DNA of 64,000 nt, taken from NCBI GenBank assembly GCA_963722075.1, contig CAVRJM010000001.1:1024001-1088000 (forward strand), given 5' to 3'. Positions 54,337 through 64,000 of this stretch are shown here, in pieces. Numbering within the stretch: position 1 is the stretch's first letter; each line of letters opens with the position of its first letter. The notes under the pieces were generated by a model. The model was not told the origin of the DNA. It saw only the letters and a program-made list of their open reading frames with translations, and did not search any database. A program made the translations under genes and the position numbers. Source of the DNA: Candidatus Babeliales bacterium. GTDB lineage: Bacteria; Babelota; Babeliae; Babelales; JANWKD01.

Positions 54337-55677
54337 ATGAATAGAAGCATTATTTTTTTACTTGCAATGGTATATTGCACTGCGCTCAAAGCAGATTTGC
54401 AGGGTGAATTAACAACCTTAAAGAAAAAACTTACAGTTTTACATAATGCATTGCCAGTGAAATTGAGTATTGATGAAGTGGTTGAACAAGCAAAACCAAT
54501 TTTTAAACAAATTAAAAAAACTCTTACCAATGCGCTCAAATCTAAAAAACCCATTTCTAGCAAACAATATGAAACATTAGGAGAATCAATGGGAAATAAA
54601 CTAAGAGAATTAGCTAAAGATTTAAATCCTGAAGAGCTAAGAGATATTGGGATCGAATTAGAACCACTTACTGATGAATTAGCAGATTTAGAAACACAAC
54701 TTCAATTCGAAAGATTGCTTCCTATAACATTTGAGGAGGGACAAAATAATCTATATAGAAAACTTGATAATCTTCGCCAATTATTAGTATCAAAATATGA
54801 TACAAAACAATTTGTTAAAAAAGCAGAAATAGAACCTTTTTACCAATTTTACCATAAACTGATGAATTTATTTAATGAGGAACAGAAAGAAATCATCCTT
54901 AAGGACCGCAATATTAAAATTGTGATTCAAATTATAAATAACCTCGGAGAACATCTAGACAACATGCATAAATGGGATCACATGATCGACCCCGCACCAT
55001 GGTGGGAAGATATTGAGAAATTTGAAGTAGAGCCTGAAGTAGAATTTCCAAGCTCAGAAGAAGAAGAAGAAATAAGCGAGGGTGAAGAAGAAGAAAAACC
55101 CGGTGTAATTCGTCAACATACTTTTGCACAAACTCCAGCGATACAAGAAGAGTTAAGTAACGATTATAAAGTATTAGCCCAGTTAGAAAATGACGTTAAT
55201 GATTTTGAACAAAAACTCAATGCATTTATTAATTGGGCAAAAAAAATACATGCCAAAAAGCAGGATACGAGCAGCGAAGAATCTAAAGCGTACGATGAAT
55301 TAATAAATTCCTGGGGTCATTTACCACGGATCCCACAAATATTACAGTGGATTACCTCATATGATAAATTTGAACGCACTGCCACACGCCAAGATGCCCA
55401 AGCAACGATTGAATATTTAGACAATTTGAAAAAGTTATTAGAGCATGTAGCTAACATTATTGGGAGAGCATGGCGCGATAATCATAATATATTAAATAAT
55501 ATTTCCTTTACATTTGAGGGTACGTCTAAATCAGGTGTTGGTCATTTTAATCCCTTAATCATCTATAAAAATAATCTTGAAAAAATTATATTAGGAAAAG
55601 GAAAAGGGATGATCTCCGGCCATTTTGATGAACTTAATAAGAGCCTTCATAAATGGCATAGAGCCCTTTCTTTTTAA
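54337..55677 (+). CDS. Exported modular helical protein A
   Basis: Signal peptide; ADLQGELTTLKKKL; poly-Glu linker. Confidence 0.85.
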   Translation: MNRSIIFLLAMVYCTALKADLQGELTTLKKKLTVLHNALPVKLSIDEVVEQAKPIFKQIKKTLTNALKSKKPISSKQYETLGESMGNKLRELAKDLNPEELRDIGIELEPLTDELADLETQLQFERLLPITFEEGQNNLYRKLDNLRQLLVSKYDTKQFVKKAEIEPFYQFYHKLMNLFNEEQKEIILKDRNIKIVIQIINNLGEHLDNMHKWDHMIDPAPWWEDIEKFEVEPEVEFPSSEEEEEISEGEEEEKPGVIRQHTFAQTPAIQEELSNDYKVLAQLENDVNDFEQKLNAFINWAKKIHAKKQDTSSEESKAYDELINSWGHLPRIPQILQWITSYDKFERTATRQDAQATIEYLDNLKKLLEHVANIIGRAWRDNHNILNNISFTFEGTSKSGVGHFNPLIIYKNNLEKIILGKGKGMISGHFDELNKSLHKWHRALSF

Positions 55678-55698
55678 AACTGTATAAACTAGAGCATT

Positions 55699-55732
55699 AA
55701 GCCGGTGGAAAAAACTTTCACCGGCTTTTTTT
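55699..55732 (+). terminator. Terminator (copies at 57261 and 58851)
   Basis: AGCCGGTGGAA-AAAC-TTTCACCGGCTTTTTTT. Confidence 0.8.
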
Positions 55733-55905
55733 ATACCACTCAACGGTCTTTATAATTACATCAAAGCGACGTACTACTACGCCAGCCTAGCTGGTCTGTT
55801 ATTGTAGTAATAACAGCATATATTCTTTATTGAGATTAACTGTTGACTGCATTTCCGGTACTACTTTATAGTTGATTTATAGGATCACTTTAAAAAGGAA
55901 TGTTT

Positions 55906-57239
55906 ATGAAAAGAAGCATCATTTTCTTAATCGCAATAGTATATTGCAATGTTCTCAAAGCAGATTTGCAAGGTGAATTAATTACCTTAAAGAAAAAACT
56001 TACTGTTTTACATGCTGCATTGCCAAAAGGGCCGGGCGGCTTGCCACCATTACCAGCAGGGAAAAAGGGTGAACTAGAAAATGTTAAGCAACAACTGCGA
56101 GCGCTTTTTGACCAAATGCTTAAATTTGTACAAGATGACCCTTCAATAACAAAAGAATCGCAGCTTAAATTCTATTTTGATCAAATACCAGATATAGTTA
56201 AAAACTTATCTAGGGAACAAGAGAAAGAAGTTAGAGATGCAATGTTACCATCAGTAAAAAAAATTGGAGAAATAATAGAAGCTCGAATAGAAAATGAAAT
56301 AAAAGATACTGTAGCATATTTATCACAAAAATTACGTGAATTTTCTGATCTTTTAAAATGGCACATTGATAATAACCAACTGATACCAAAGCAGAAGAGG
56401 CTCAAAATATCTACCAAATATATCAAAAAGTTATGGATAAATATAATACAGAACAAAGAGCCGATATTTTGCTACAAATTCGTCCATTATTAGAACATAT
56501 TGATGAACAAATTGCAACGGCATTCCGAGCATTTTTATGGTTCATTGATTATGGTACAAAACCATGGAGGAAAGATATTGAGAAATTAGAATTAGAGCCT
56601 GAAGTAGAATTTCCAAGCGAAGAAGAAGAAGAAGTAAGCGAGGGTGAAGAAGAAGAAAAACCCGGTGTAATTCGTCAACATACTTTTGCACAAACTCCAG
56701 CGATACAAGAAGAGTTAAGTAACGATTATAAAGTATTAGCCCAGTTAGAAAATGACGTTAATGATTTTGAACAAAAACTCAATGCATTTATTAATTGGGC
56801 AAAAAAAATACATGCCAAAAAGCAGGATACGAGCAGCGAAGAATCTAAAGCGTACGATGAATTAATAAATTCCTGGGGTCATTTACCACGGATCCCACAA
56901 ATATTACAGTGGATTACCTCATATGATAAATTTGAACGCACTGCCACACGCCAAGATGCCCAAGCAACGATTGAATATTTAGACAATTTGAAAAAGTTAT
57001 TAGAGCATGTAGCTAACATTATTGGGAGAGCATGGCGCGATAATCATAATATATTAAATAATATTTCCTTTACATTTGAGGGTACGTCTAAATCAGGTGT
57101 TGGTCATTTTAATCCCTTAATCATCTATAAAAATAATCTTGAAAAAATTATATTAGGAAAAGGAAAAGGGATGATCTCCGGCCATTTTGATGAACTTAAT
57201 AAGAGCCTTCATAAATGGCATAGAGCCCTTTCTTTTTAA
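55906..57239 (+). pseudogene. Chimeric modular protein (N-half of C, C-half of A) with 2-nt frameshift near 56394
   Basis: AAAGCAGAAGAGG here vs AAAGCAAGAGG in the copy at 57950; ORFs 55900-56493 and 56433-57239. Confidence 0.75.
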
Positions 57240-57467
57240 AACTGTATAAACTAGAGCATTAAGCCGGTGGAAAAAACTTTCACCGGCTTTTTTTATACCA
57301 CTCAACGGTCTTTATAATTACATCAAAGCGACGTACTACTACGCCAGCCTAGCTGGTCTGTTATTGTAGTAATAACAGCATATATTCTTTATTGAGATTA
57401 ACTGTTGACTGCATTTCCGGTACTACTTTATAGTTGATTTATAGGATCACTTTAAAAAGGAATGTTT

Positions 57468-58832
57468 ATGAAAAGAAGCATCATTTTCTTAATCGCAATA
57501 GTATATTGCAATGTTCTCAAAGCAGATTTGCAAGGTGAATTAATTACCTTAAAGAAAAAACTTACTGTTTTACATGCTGCATTGCCAAAAGGGCCGGGCG
57601 GCTTGCCACCATTACCAGCAGGGAAAAAGGGTGAACTAGAAAATGTTAAGCAACAACTGCGAGCGCTTTTTGACCAAATGCTTAAATTTGTACAAGATGA
57701 CCCTTCAATAACAAAAGAATCGCAGCTTAAATTCTATTTTGATCAAATACCAGATATAGTTAAAAACTTATCTAGGGAACAAGAGAAAGAAGTTAGAGAT
57801 GCAATGTTACCATCAGTAAAAAAAATTGGAGAAATAATAGAAGCTCGAATAGAAAATGAAATAAAAGATACTGTAGCATATTTATCACAAAAATTACGTG
57901 AATTTTCTGATCTTTTAAAATGGCACATTGATAATAACCAACTGATACCAAAGCAAGAGGCTCAAAATATCTACCAAATATATCAAAAAGTTATGGATAA
58001 ATATAATACAGAACAAAGAGCCGATATTTTGCTACAAATTCGTCCATTATTAGAACATATTGATGAACAAATTGCAACGGCATTCCGAGCATTTTTATGG
58101 TTCATTGATTATGGTACAAAACCATGGAGTAAAGATCTTTATCCAGAATTTGAGATAGAAAGCGAAGAAGAAGAAGAAGAAGAAAGTGAAGAAGAAGCGG
58201 CAGAAAAACTAGCAAATGCCCGAAGAAAAGAACTTTGGGAAACATTTCGTGACCTTGAAAAGCTTTTAAGTCAACAACCATTTGATAAAGTTAAAACAAC
58301 TATTCTACTCAATTTACTTAAACTAATGTATGCGGTGCGAAAAAACCTAATTACTCAACTTGACCAGAAAGATATGGAGAATTTGATTACACAAGCAGAA
58401 GAAATGTTAGCACAGCAACCGCGACCAACCTTCGAGCGAGCAAGTCAACCACGACCTCAAGTTCCTGCTACGCGCGCGGGTAGTCAACTTCCACCACAAA
58501 CACCCGCTCCCCGTGAACGCGCGGGCGGTCCAAGAGAAAGAAGAGGATTCATAACTCATGCTGCCCCAGAATTATTATATGGAGAGGAACAACCAACTCA
58601 AACTGAAATTCAACAATTTAGTGAAGCACTTGCAGAGCTCGAAGAATTGATGCAAGAACCCCAACCACAAATAACTAAATTAGATGAAGCATTGAAAACG
58701 GTAAAAAAGCTTGCATCAAAAGTAAAAAATAGTTATAGCGCTACATCTTGGGTTAAAATAGAATACATAATAGAACAAGCAGAAGCTAAATTAGAATCGC
58801 GCAAGCATATATTAGAATTATTACATACATAA
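57468..58832 (+). CDS. Exported modular helical protein C
   Basis: Signal peptide; ADLQGELITLKKKL; poly-Glu linker; distinct C-terminal half. Confidence 0.85.
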   Translation: MKRSIIFLIAIVYCNVLKADLQGELITLKKKLTVLHAALPKGPGGLPPLPAGKKGELENVKQQLRALFDQMLKFVQDDPSITKESQLKFYFDQIPDIVKNLSREQEKEVRDAMLPSVKKIGEIIEARIENEIKDTVAYLSQKLREFSDLLKWHIDNNQLIPKQEAQNIYQIYQKVMDKYNTEQRADILLQIRPLLEHIDEQIATAFRAFLWFIDYGTKPWSKDLYPEFEIESEEEEEEESEEEAAEKLANARRKELWETFRDLEKLLSQQPFDKVKTTILLNLLKLMYAVRKNLITQLDQKDMENLITQAEEMLAQQPRPTFERASQPRPQVPATRAGSQLPPQTPAPRERAGGPRERRGFITHAAPELLYGEEQPTQTEIQQFSEALAELEELMQEPQPQITKLDEALKTVKKLASKVKNSYSATSWVKIEYIIEQAEAKLESRKHILELLHT

Positions 58833-58868
58833 GCGCAAATAAGATTTCACAGCCGGTGGAAAAAACTT

Positions 58869-59798
58869 TCACCGGCTTTTTTTATACCACTCAATTGTTT
58901 TCACAATACCATCATAGAGAGAAATATTGCTACGCCACCCCAACTTATTAATTTTTTCTACATTTAATAATTTACGCGGCGTACCATCAGGCTTAGTGGC
59001 ATCAAAAATAATGTCGCCTTTATAACCAACAATTTCTTTAATAAGGAGCGCAAGCTCCTTAATAGAAATATCTTCACCAGTACCAATATTGATCGGTAGT
59101 GATTCACTGTAATGCTCCATTAAAAATAATAATGCTTGCGCTAAATCATCAACATATAAAAATTCACGCCGCGGGTGCCCGCTTCCCCAGAGCATTACCA
59201 TTTGAGCACCTTCTTGTGAAGCTCTACTCATTTTTGCAATAAGGGCTGGCAATACATGCGATGTTTCATAATCAAAATTATCATAAGGACCATATAAATT
59301 AGTGGGCATACAAGAAATAAAATTGGTACCATATTGATAATTGTATGAACGGCATAATTCAATCCCGGCAATTTTTGCTATGGCATATGCTTTATTAGTC
59401 GGTTCTAGCGAACCGGTTAACAAATAGTTTTCACTAATGGGCTGCGCGCATTCGCGTGGATAAATGCATGAAGAACCTAGAAATAGCAGTTTTTTTACAC
59501 TGCACCTTATATGCAGCGTGAATAACGTTAGCTTCAATCATAAGATTATCGTAAATAAATGATGCAGGAAAATCATTATTGGCCTTAATGCCACCAACTT
59601 TAGCTGCTGCTAAAAAAACATATTCGGGCTGTTCATGCTCAAAAAAATGATACGTTGCCTGCTGATCACGCAAATCAAGTTGCTGCATGGTGCGCATAAT
59701 AATTTTTGTAAAACCGTTTGCTGCTGTAATAACCGCACTATCGCTGAACCTACTAATCCTTCATGACCCGCAACATATATTTTTGCATCTTTATTCAT
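58869..59798 (-). CDS. fcl: GDP-L-fucose synthase, interrupted by two frameshifts (about 59715 and 59506)
   Basis: [38 protein letters not shown] spread over three frames; probable sequencing errors. Confidence 0.88.
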
Positions 59799-60913
59799 AG
59801 TGATTCCACGGCATTATATATTTTTTTTATATCAATAAACGGCGATTCAAAGGTGCGGTGTGCCGTACCGTTTAATTGCTGTTGTAAAATGTTATGATCA
59901 TATTCAACCATTTTTTTAACCAAGGTACCAAAATCGATAGTTGGCCGCCACCCCAGCATTAAGCGCGCTTTAGTAGCATCACCCAGAAGATGCTCTACTT
60001 CGGTAGGGCGAAAATAACAAGGATCAATGCGAATAATTATTTTTTGAGTAGTGCTATCAATGCCATATTCTTCAACGCCCGTTCCTTGCCACCGTATAGT
60101 AACGCCGCTACAAAAAAAGGCACGTTCAACAAATTCGCGCACCGAATGTGCTTGACCTGTAGCAATAACAAAATCTTCTGCTTTCTCTTGTTGCAACATC
60201 AACCACATGGCATAAACGTAATCAGGAGCGTACCCCCAATCGCGGCGGGCATCTAAATTTCCCAGATATAATACCTCTTGTAATCCTGCTTTAATACGAG
60301 CAACGGCACGGGTAATTTTACGCGTTACAAAGGTTTCGCCACGCAGCGGTGATTCATGATTAAATAAAATACCATTACAAGCAAACATCCCATACGCTTC
60401 TCGATAATTGACGGTAATCCAATAGGCATATAATTTTGCCACTGCATAAGGCGAACGGGGCGCAAAAGGTGTTAATTCATGTTGCGGTGGCTGCGCGCTG
60501 CCATATAATTCACTCGTGGATGCTTGGTAGAATTTTGTTTTATTTGTTAGCCCCAGCAAACGTATCGCCTCTAAAATACGAAGCGTACCCAGCGCATCAG
60601 TATTGGCCGTATATTCTGGCGTTTCAAAAGAAACACGCACATGGCTTTGCGCTGCAAGATTATAAATCTCATCAGGCTGCACTTCTTGAATAATACGAAT
60701 TAAATTGGTGCTGTCGGTTACATCACCGTAATGTAATATAAAATTGCGGGTATCATAATCATGCAGATCTTGGTAAATATGATCAATGCGTGCGGTATTA
60801 AATGATGATGTGCGTCGTTTGATGCCGTGTACTTGATATCCCTTATTAAGCAATAGCTCTGCTAAATAAGCGCCATCTTGCCCTGTTATGCCAGTAATTA
60901 ATGCTTTTTTCAT
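59795..60913 (-). CDS. gmd: GDP-mannose 4,6-dehydratase
   Basis: [40 protein letters not shown]. Confidence 0.97.
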   Translation of the reverse strand: MKKALITGITGQDGAYLAELLLNKGYQVHGIKRRTSSFNTARIDHIYQDLHDYDTRNFILHYGDVTDSTNLIRIIQEVQPDEIYNLAAQSHVRVSFETPEYTANTDALGTLRILEAIRLLGLTNKTKFYQASTSELYGSAQPPQHELTPFAPRSPYAVAKLYAYWITVNYREAYGMFACNGILFNHESPLRGETFVTRKITRAVARIKAGLQEVLYLGNLDARRDWGYAPDYVYAMWLMLQQEKAEDFVIATGQAHSVREFVERAFFCSGVTIRWQGTGVEEYGIDSTTQKIIIRIDPCYFRPTEVEHLLGDATKARLMLGWRPTIDFGTLVKKMVEYDHNILQQQLNGTAHRTFESPFIDIKKIYNAVESL

Positions 60914-60934
60914 TACAAACCTTTTAAGTCTCCT

Positions 60935-61068
60935 TGTCATCCCGAGCTTTCCGTCGGCGCCACAGGCTATGCCGGACAAGGCGTGGGGACCGCGTCCGCC
61001 GTAGCTTGTAGCGAAGGCTGGATCCAGGCAAAATTTTATCTGGATTGCTTCGACAAGCTCGCAACGAC
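60935..61068. repeat. Cluster of palindromes (families B, C and A)
   Basis: GTCATCCCGAGC...CGGCGCCACAGGCTATGCCGGACAAGGCGTGGGGACCGCGTCCGCCGTAGCTTGTAGCGAAGGCTGGATCC, then family A copy at 61040. Confidence 0.8.
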
Positions 61069-61263
61069 ATCATTTCAATGCATATGCTTTTATCTTTGAG
61101 TAAAAAAATTTATAATATTTTTAAAAACTCAACAGGATCATCCTAATACAGGTTACATAATTGAGCAAAAATTATTATGTGCATTGCTAACAAAGCATTT
61201 GTAAAATACGACAATATCAATATATTAATAGCTGATTATTTTTTATTTCCTGTAAGAAGTAGT

Positions 61264-61731
61264 ATGAAACAAATAGTTTTTTTTGCATTAATTGCTACAG
61301 CTTTAATTTCAAGCAATAATGCAATGGAAGGAAATGAAACAACACCATTGATTAAAGCAAAATCAGGTGATAATTCCTCTTGGCACTTTCTTAGGCTACA
61401 ATATAACCCACAATATGCATTAATTCATTATATAAAAGCAGGTAGCTTACCAGAAGTAAAGAAAGTAGTCATTGATAAAGGTGCTAATGTAAATAAAGAT
61501 TATGTTGAGGATTCTATCTGGACACCCCTTTTATATGCAGCAGATAATGGAAATATGGAAATTGCAAAATTTTTAATTGAAAAAGGTGCTAATCCTAAAA
61601 CGCACTTAATATATTCTAAGTATCCCGGAAGTGGTTATTCTTGCCCTGTAGATAAATCAGCAAGTGAGTTAGCGTGCGAGGCAGGAAATCAAGAGCTTGC
61701 AGCATATCTCCGTGAACAGGAAAATAAGTAA
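61264..61731 (+). CDS. Exported ankyrin-repeat protein
   Basis: KGANVN, WTPLLYAADNGN, YPGSGYSC. Confidence 0.88.
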   Translation: MKQIVFFALIATALISSNNAMEGNETTPLIKAKSGDNSSWHFLRLQYNPQYALIHYIKAGSLPEVKKVVIDKGANVNKDYVEDSIWTPLLYAADNGNMEIAKFLIEKGANPKTHLIYSKYPGSGYSCPVDKSASELACEAGNQELAAYLREQENK

Positions 61732-61852
61732 AAAAATTCACTTCAAATCAATACCGTTGCCGATCCTCAGCCGCACATATTACTCGTTAGTTTATTGTTT
61801 TTTATGGTATTTCTTTTACACTGATTCCTAAATTATATTCATAAGGAACAAC

Positions 61853-62308
61853 ATGAAAAAATGTATGATATTTATTTTAAGCTCACAGCTGGCTGTAGGT
61901 GTAAATTATGCTATGCAAGAATCAGTCTCTGCGCAAATGCCTGCTAAGCACTCCGCTAATAAACCATTTAATAAAAAAAAACAAAAAGCTTTATTTGATG
62001 CCATCAATCTTGGCCGCACTCAACAGGCAAAAGAATTATTAGCCGATCCGAAAATAAACATTAATCAATTTCCCAAAAATAATATTTGGACTCCCATACT
62101 CATTGCAGCACATCAAGGAAATACAGAAATTGTAAAAATACTCGTTGAACAGGGCGCAAATTTACGCGTAAGATTAAAATATGAACAACATCCTGGAAGT
62201 GGTTATTCTTGCCAGATAGATCGATCGCCCAGCGAATGTGCACTAGCAAATGGTCATCATGAACTTGCCCACTATTTAGAAGAAAAAGAACAGCTCAGTA
62301 AAGAATAA
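61853..62308 (+). CDS. Exported ankyrin-repeat protein (paralog of 61264)
   Basis: WTPILIAAHQGN, HPGSGYSC. Confidence 0.88.
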   Translation: MKKCMIFILSSQLAVGVNYAMQESVSAQMPAKHSANKPFNKKKQKALFDAINLGRTQQAKELLADPKININQFPKNNIWTPILIAAHQGNTEIVKILVEQGANLRVRLKYEQHPGSGYSCQIDRSPSECALANGHHELAHYLEEKEQLSKE

Positions 62309-62394
62309 GAAAAATAGTTTATTCTTGAAGATCTATATCATTTTTGTATAGCGTATTATTTATATAATAATTAATTTTTTTAAAGGAATTGTTA

Positions 62395-62997
62395 ATGAAT
62401 ATACGCTATTATTTATTATGTATTATGAGTATTTTTTCTTCCCTTTGGCTTCAGGGGCAAGAGCTAAGTTCACAACAACTTCAATCAGCACAAATAATGC
62501 CTATGCGTAATCGTCCAGGATTTACAGCATCTATGAATATAGGGCTAAAATCTGAAGATCGTAAGATTGTAATTGAAACTTTACGCCAATTACTTGCTGA
62601 TAATTATGTGCTGTATACCAAGTCGCTTAATTTTCATTGGAATGTAGAAGGTGAATTATTTAGCCAACTCCATAAATTTTTTAAAAAAATATATAAAGCT
62701 TTAGAGAAAAATAATGACTTGTTTGCTGAACGAATACGGGCGCTTGGTGGATATTCTCCCGCTTCATTGCAAGAATTTTTATCTATGACACAGCTCTCTG
62801 AAAATAATGGCGGTTCCCGTAACTATAAAAATATGCTTCAAATCCTACTTAAAGATTTTGAAACGGTAATTCGAGCGCTTCGTGACGCGGCACAATTATC
62901 AGCAGATTATAATGATTGGGGCACTAATAATATGATTGCAGGATTATTAGAATCGATGGAAAAAATGGCATGGATGATTCGCGCGCATTTGCGATAA
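62395..62997 (+). CDS. dps: Dps family protein with signal-peptide-like N-terminus
   Basis: NFHWNVEG, LH, DLFAERIRALG, EKMAWMIRA. Confidence 0.88.
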   Translation: MNIRYYLLCIMSIFSSLWLQGQELSSQQLQSAQIMPMRNRPGFTASMNIGLKSEDRKIVIETLRQLLADNYVLYTKSLNFHWNVEGELFSQLHKFFKKIYKALEKNNDLFAERIRALGGYSPASLQEFLSMTQLSENNGGSRNYKNMLQILLKDFETVIRALRDAAQLSADYNDWGTNNMIAGLLESMEKMAWMIRAHLR

Positions 62998-64000
62998 TTA
63001 TAAATATTCTTGCTTATTATTTTTACGCAATTCATTTAAAGCTAATTTAACTTTTTCTGATTCGGAACGTTTTGCAATAAGAAGTACATCATCTGTTTGC
63101 ACTACAACTAAATCTTCAACGCCAATAAGAACCGTTAAAGGTTTTTGAGAGAGAACTAAATTATTGATTGATTCAATAGAAAGATGATTGTGAGTGTCTG
63201 CTTCCAGCGATAAAAAGGTTGCTAAATTGCCTACATCAGACCAGCCAAGTTGAGCAGGAATCACCAGCAACGAAGATGACTTTTCCATAAGAGCATAATC
63301 AACTGAAATCGATTCCAGTTGTTGATACCACTCAGCCGATCCCGTTTTAAAATAGTTATAAACAAGCGTATATAATTCAGGAGCATATTTTTTATACGCT
63401 TCAATAAATACCGATACCGGTGCACAAAAAATACCAATATTCCAAAGCATGTTGCCTAATTCTATATATTCTTGTGCCACTGCTGCTGATGGTTTTTCAT
63501 GAAAGCGGATTATTGGTAATCCGCCTTCGTTAAAACTTCGGCGGGACGAAGTCCCCAGGCCTTGTTCCGACATAGCTTTAGCGACGTCGAATTCGATATA
63601 ACCGTATCCAGTAGCTGCATAGGTAGGCTCTATACCAATTAAGGTTATTTGTTGTGCTTCATGGCTCTGAGCGATTGCTTGCTGAAGCGTTTTTAAAAAT
63701 GCATCCTGGTCACTAATATAATGATCGGCAGGACAAAAAAGCACCACCGCTTGTGGATCTTGTTGAGCAATAGTTAAGCAACTCAATAATAAAGCCGGCG
63801 CTGTATTTTTACTAAACGGTTCAACGATAAGATTCACCGTTGGAATATGATGCTCGATAAGAGCTGATTGCGCTTGCGTGGTAACAATAGATATTTTTTC
63901 TGGCGATATTAATTGAATAAGGCGATCATAGGTATGTTTTAATAATGATTTTTTTTGAATCTCAAGAAACTGCTTTGGCAATGCTTCTCTACTAAGCGGC
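62998..64000 (-). CDS. manC: Mannose-1-phosphate guanylyltransferase, 5' end outside window, with in-frame palindrome insertion
   Basis: PLSREALPKQF, EPFSKNTAPA, PADH, TGYGYI, FHEKP, SVDYALMEK, GWSDVG. Confidence 0.92.
   Translation of the reverse strand, partial: PLSREALPKQFLEIQKKSLLKHTYDRLIQLISPEKISIVTTQAQSALIEHHIPTVNLIVEPFSKNTAPALLLSCLTIAQQDPQAVVLFCPADHYISDQDAFLKTLQQAIAQSHEAQQITLIGIEPTYAATGYGYIEFDVAKAMSEQGLGTSSRRSFNEGGLPIIRFHEKPSAAVAQEYIELGNMLWNIGIFCAPVSVFIEAYKKYAPELYTLVYNYFKTGSAEWYQQLESISVDYALMEKSSSLLVIPAQLGWSDVGNLATFLSLEADTHNHLSIESINNLVLSQKPLTVLIGVEDLVVVQTDDVLLIAKRSESEKVKLALNELRKNNKQEYL
63520..63591 (-). repeat. Family C palindrome inserted in frame in manC
   Basis: Reverse complement CGACGTCGCTAAAGCTATGTCGGAACAAGGCCTGGGGACTTCGTCCCGCCGAAGTTTTAACGAAGGCGGA resembles intergenic 60953-61023. 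Confidence 0.85.

Larger units (their letters stand above)
55028..58136 (+). repeat. Tandem duplication of about 1.56 kb (55028-56576 vs 56593-58136)
   Basis: Near-identical at offset 1562, then 1560 after a 2-nt insertion near 56394. Confidence 0.95.

Noticed and set aside
55028..58136. Duplication as a DGR template/variable pair or IS-mediated event
   Set aside because: No reverse transcriptase or transposase, no adenine-specific mismatches and no terminal inverted repeats.
11662..61068. Recurrent 30-nt palindromes as a CRISPR array
   Set aside because: Dispersed, in both orientations, with no regular spacers and no cas genes.

Overview
AT-rich bacterial chromosomal segment. Its gene content resembles an intracellular protist parasite, most plausibly Candidatus Babelota (Dependentiae/TM6). 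That assignment is inferred from the many signal-peptide proteins with ankyrin, F-box-like or J domains and from a division cluster lacking mur genes. Housekeeping genes are ftsZ, ftsA, an ftsQ-like gene, ftsI-ftsL, groES-groEL, a class I aldolase, parA with a partner, wecB-wecC-oxidoreductase, gmd-fcl, manC, dps and an aquaporin. They are interspersed with many lineage-specific exported proteins. Accessory highlights: (1) at 41.5-51.6 kb, two Sec-exported Gly-Gly precursors with hydrophobic Gly/Ala tails, an array of tiny membrane proteins with an orphan precursor tail, and two divergent multi-TM/degenerate-AAA/HTH regulators flanking an unannotated 39-aa peptide gene (candidate peptide-sensing bacteriocin-like system); (2) a 1.4-kaa polymorphic toxin with immunity gene and orphan cassette; (3) palindromic REP/RPE-like repeats, three inserted in frame in fbaB, ftsI and manC; (4) a duplicated, covarying structured-RNA candidate; (5) shared N-terminal tags on unrelated exported proteins; (6) tandem duplications that create a chimeric effector gene and leave fossils of neighbouring genes' 3' ends. 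Several small frameshifts may be sequencing errors. No rRNA, tRNA, CRISPR array or transposase was recognised.
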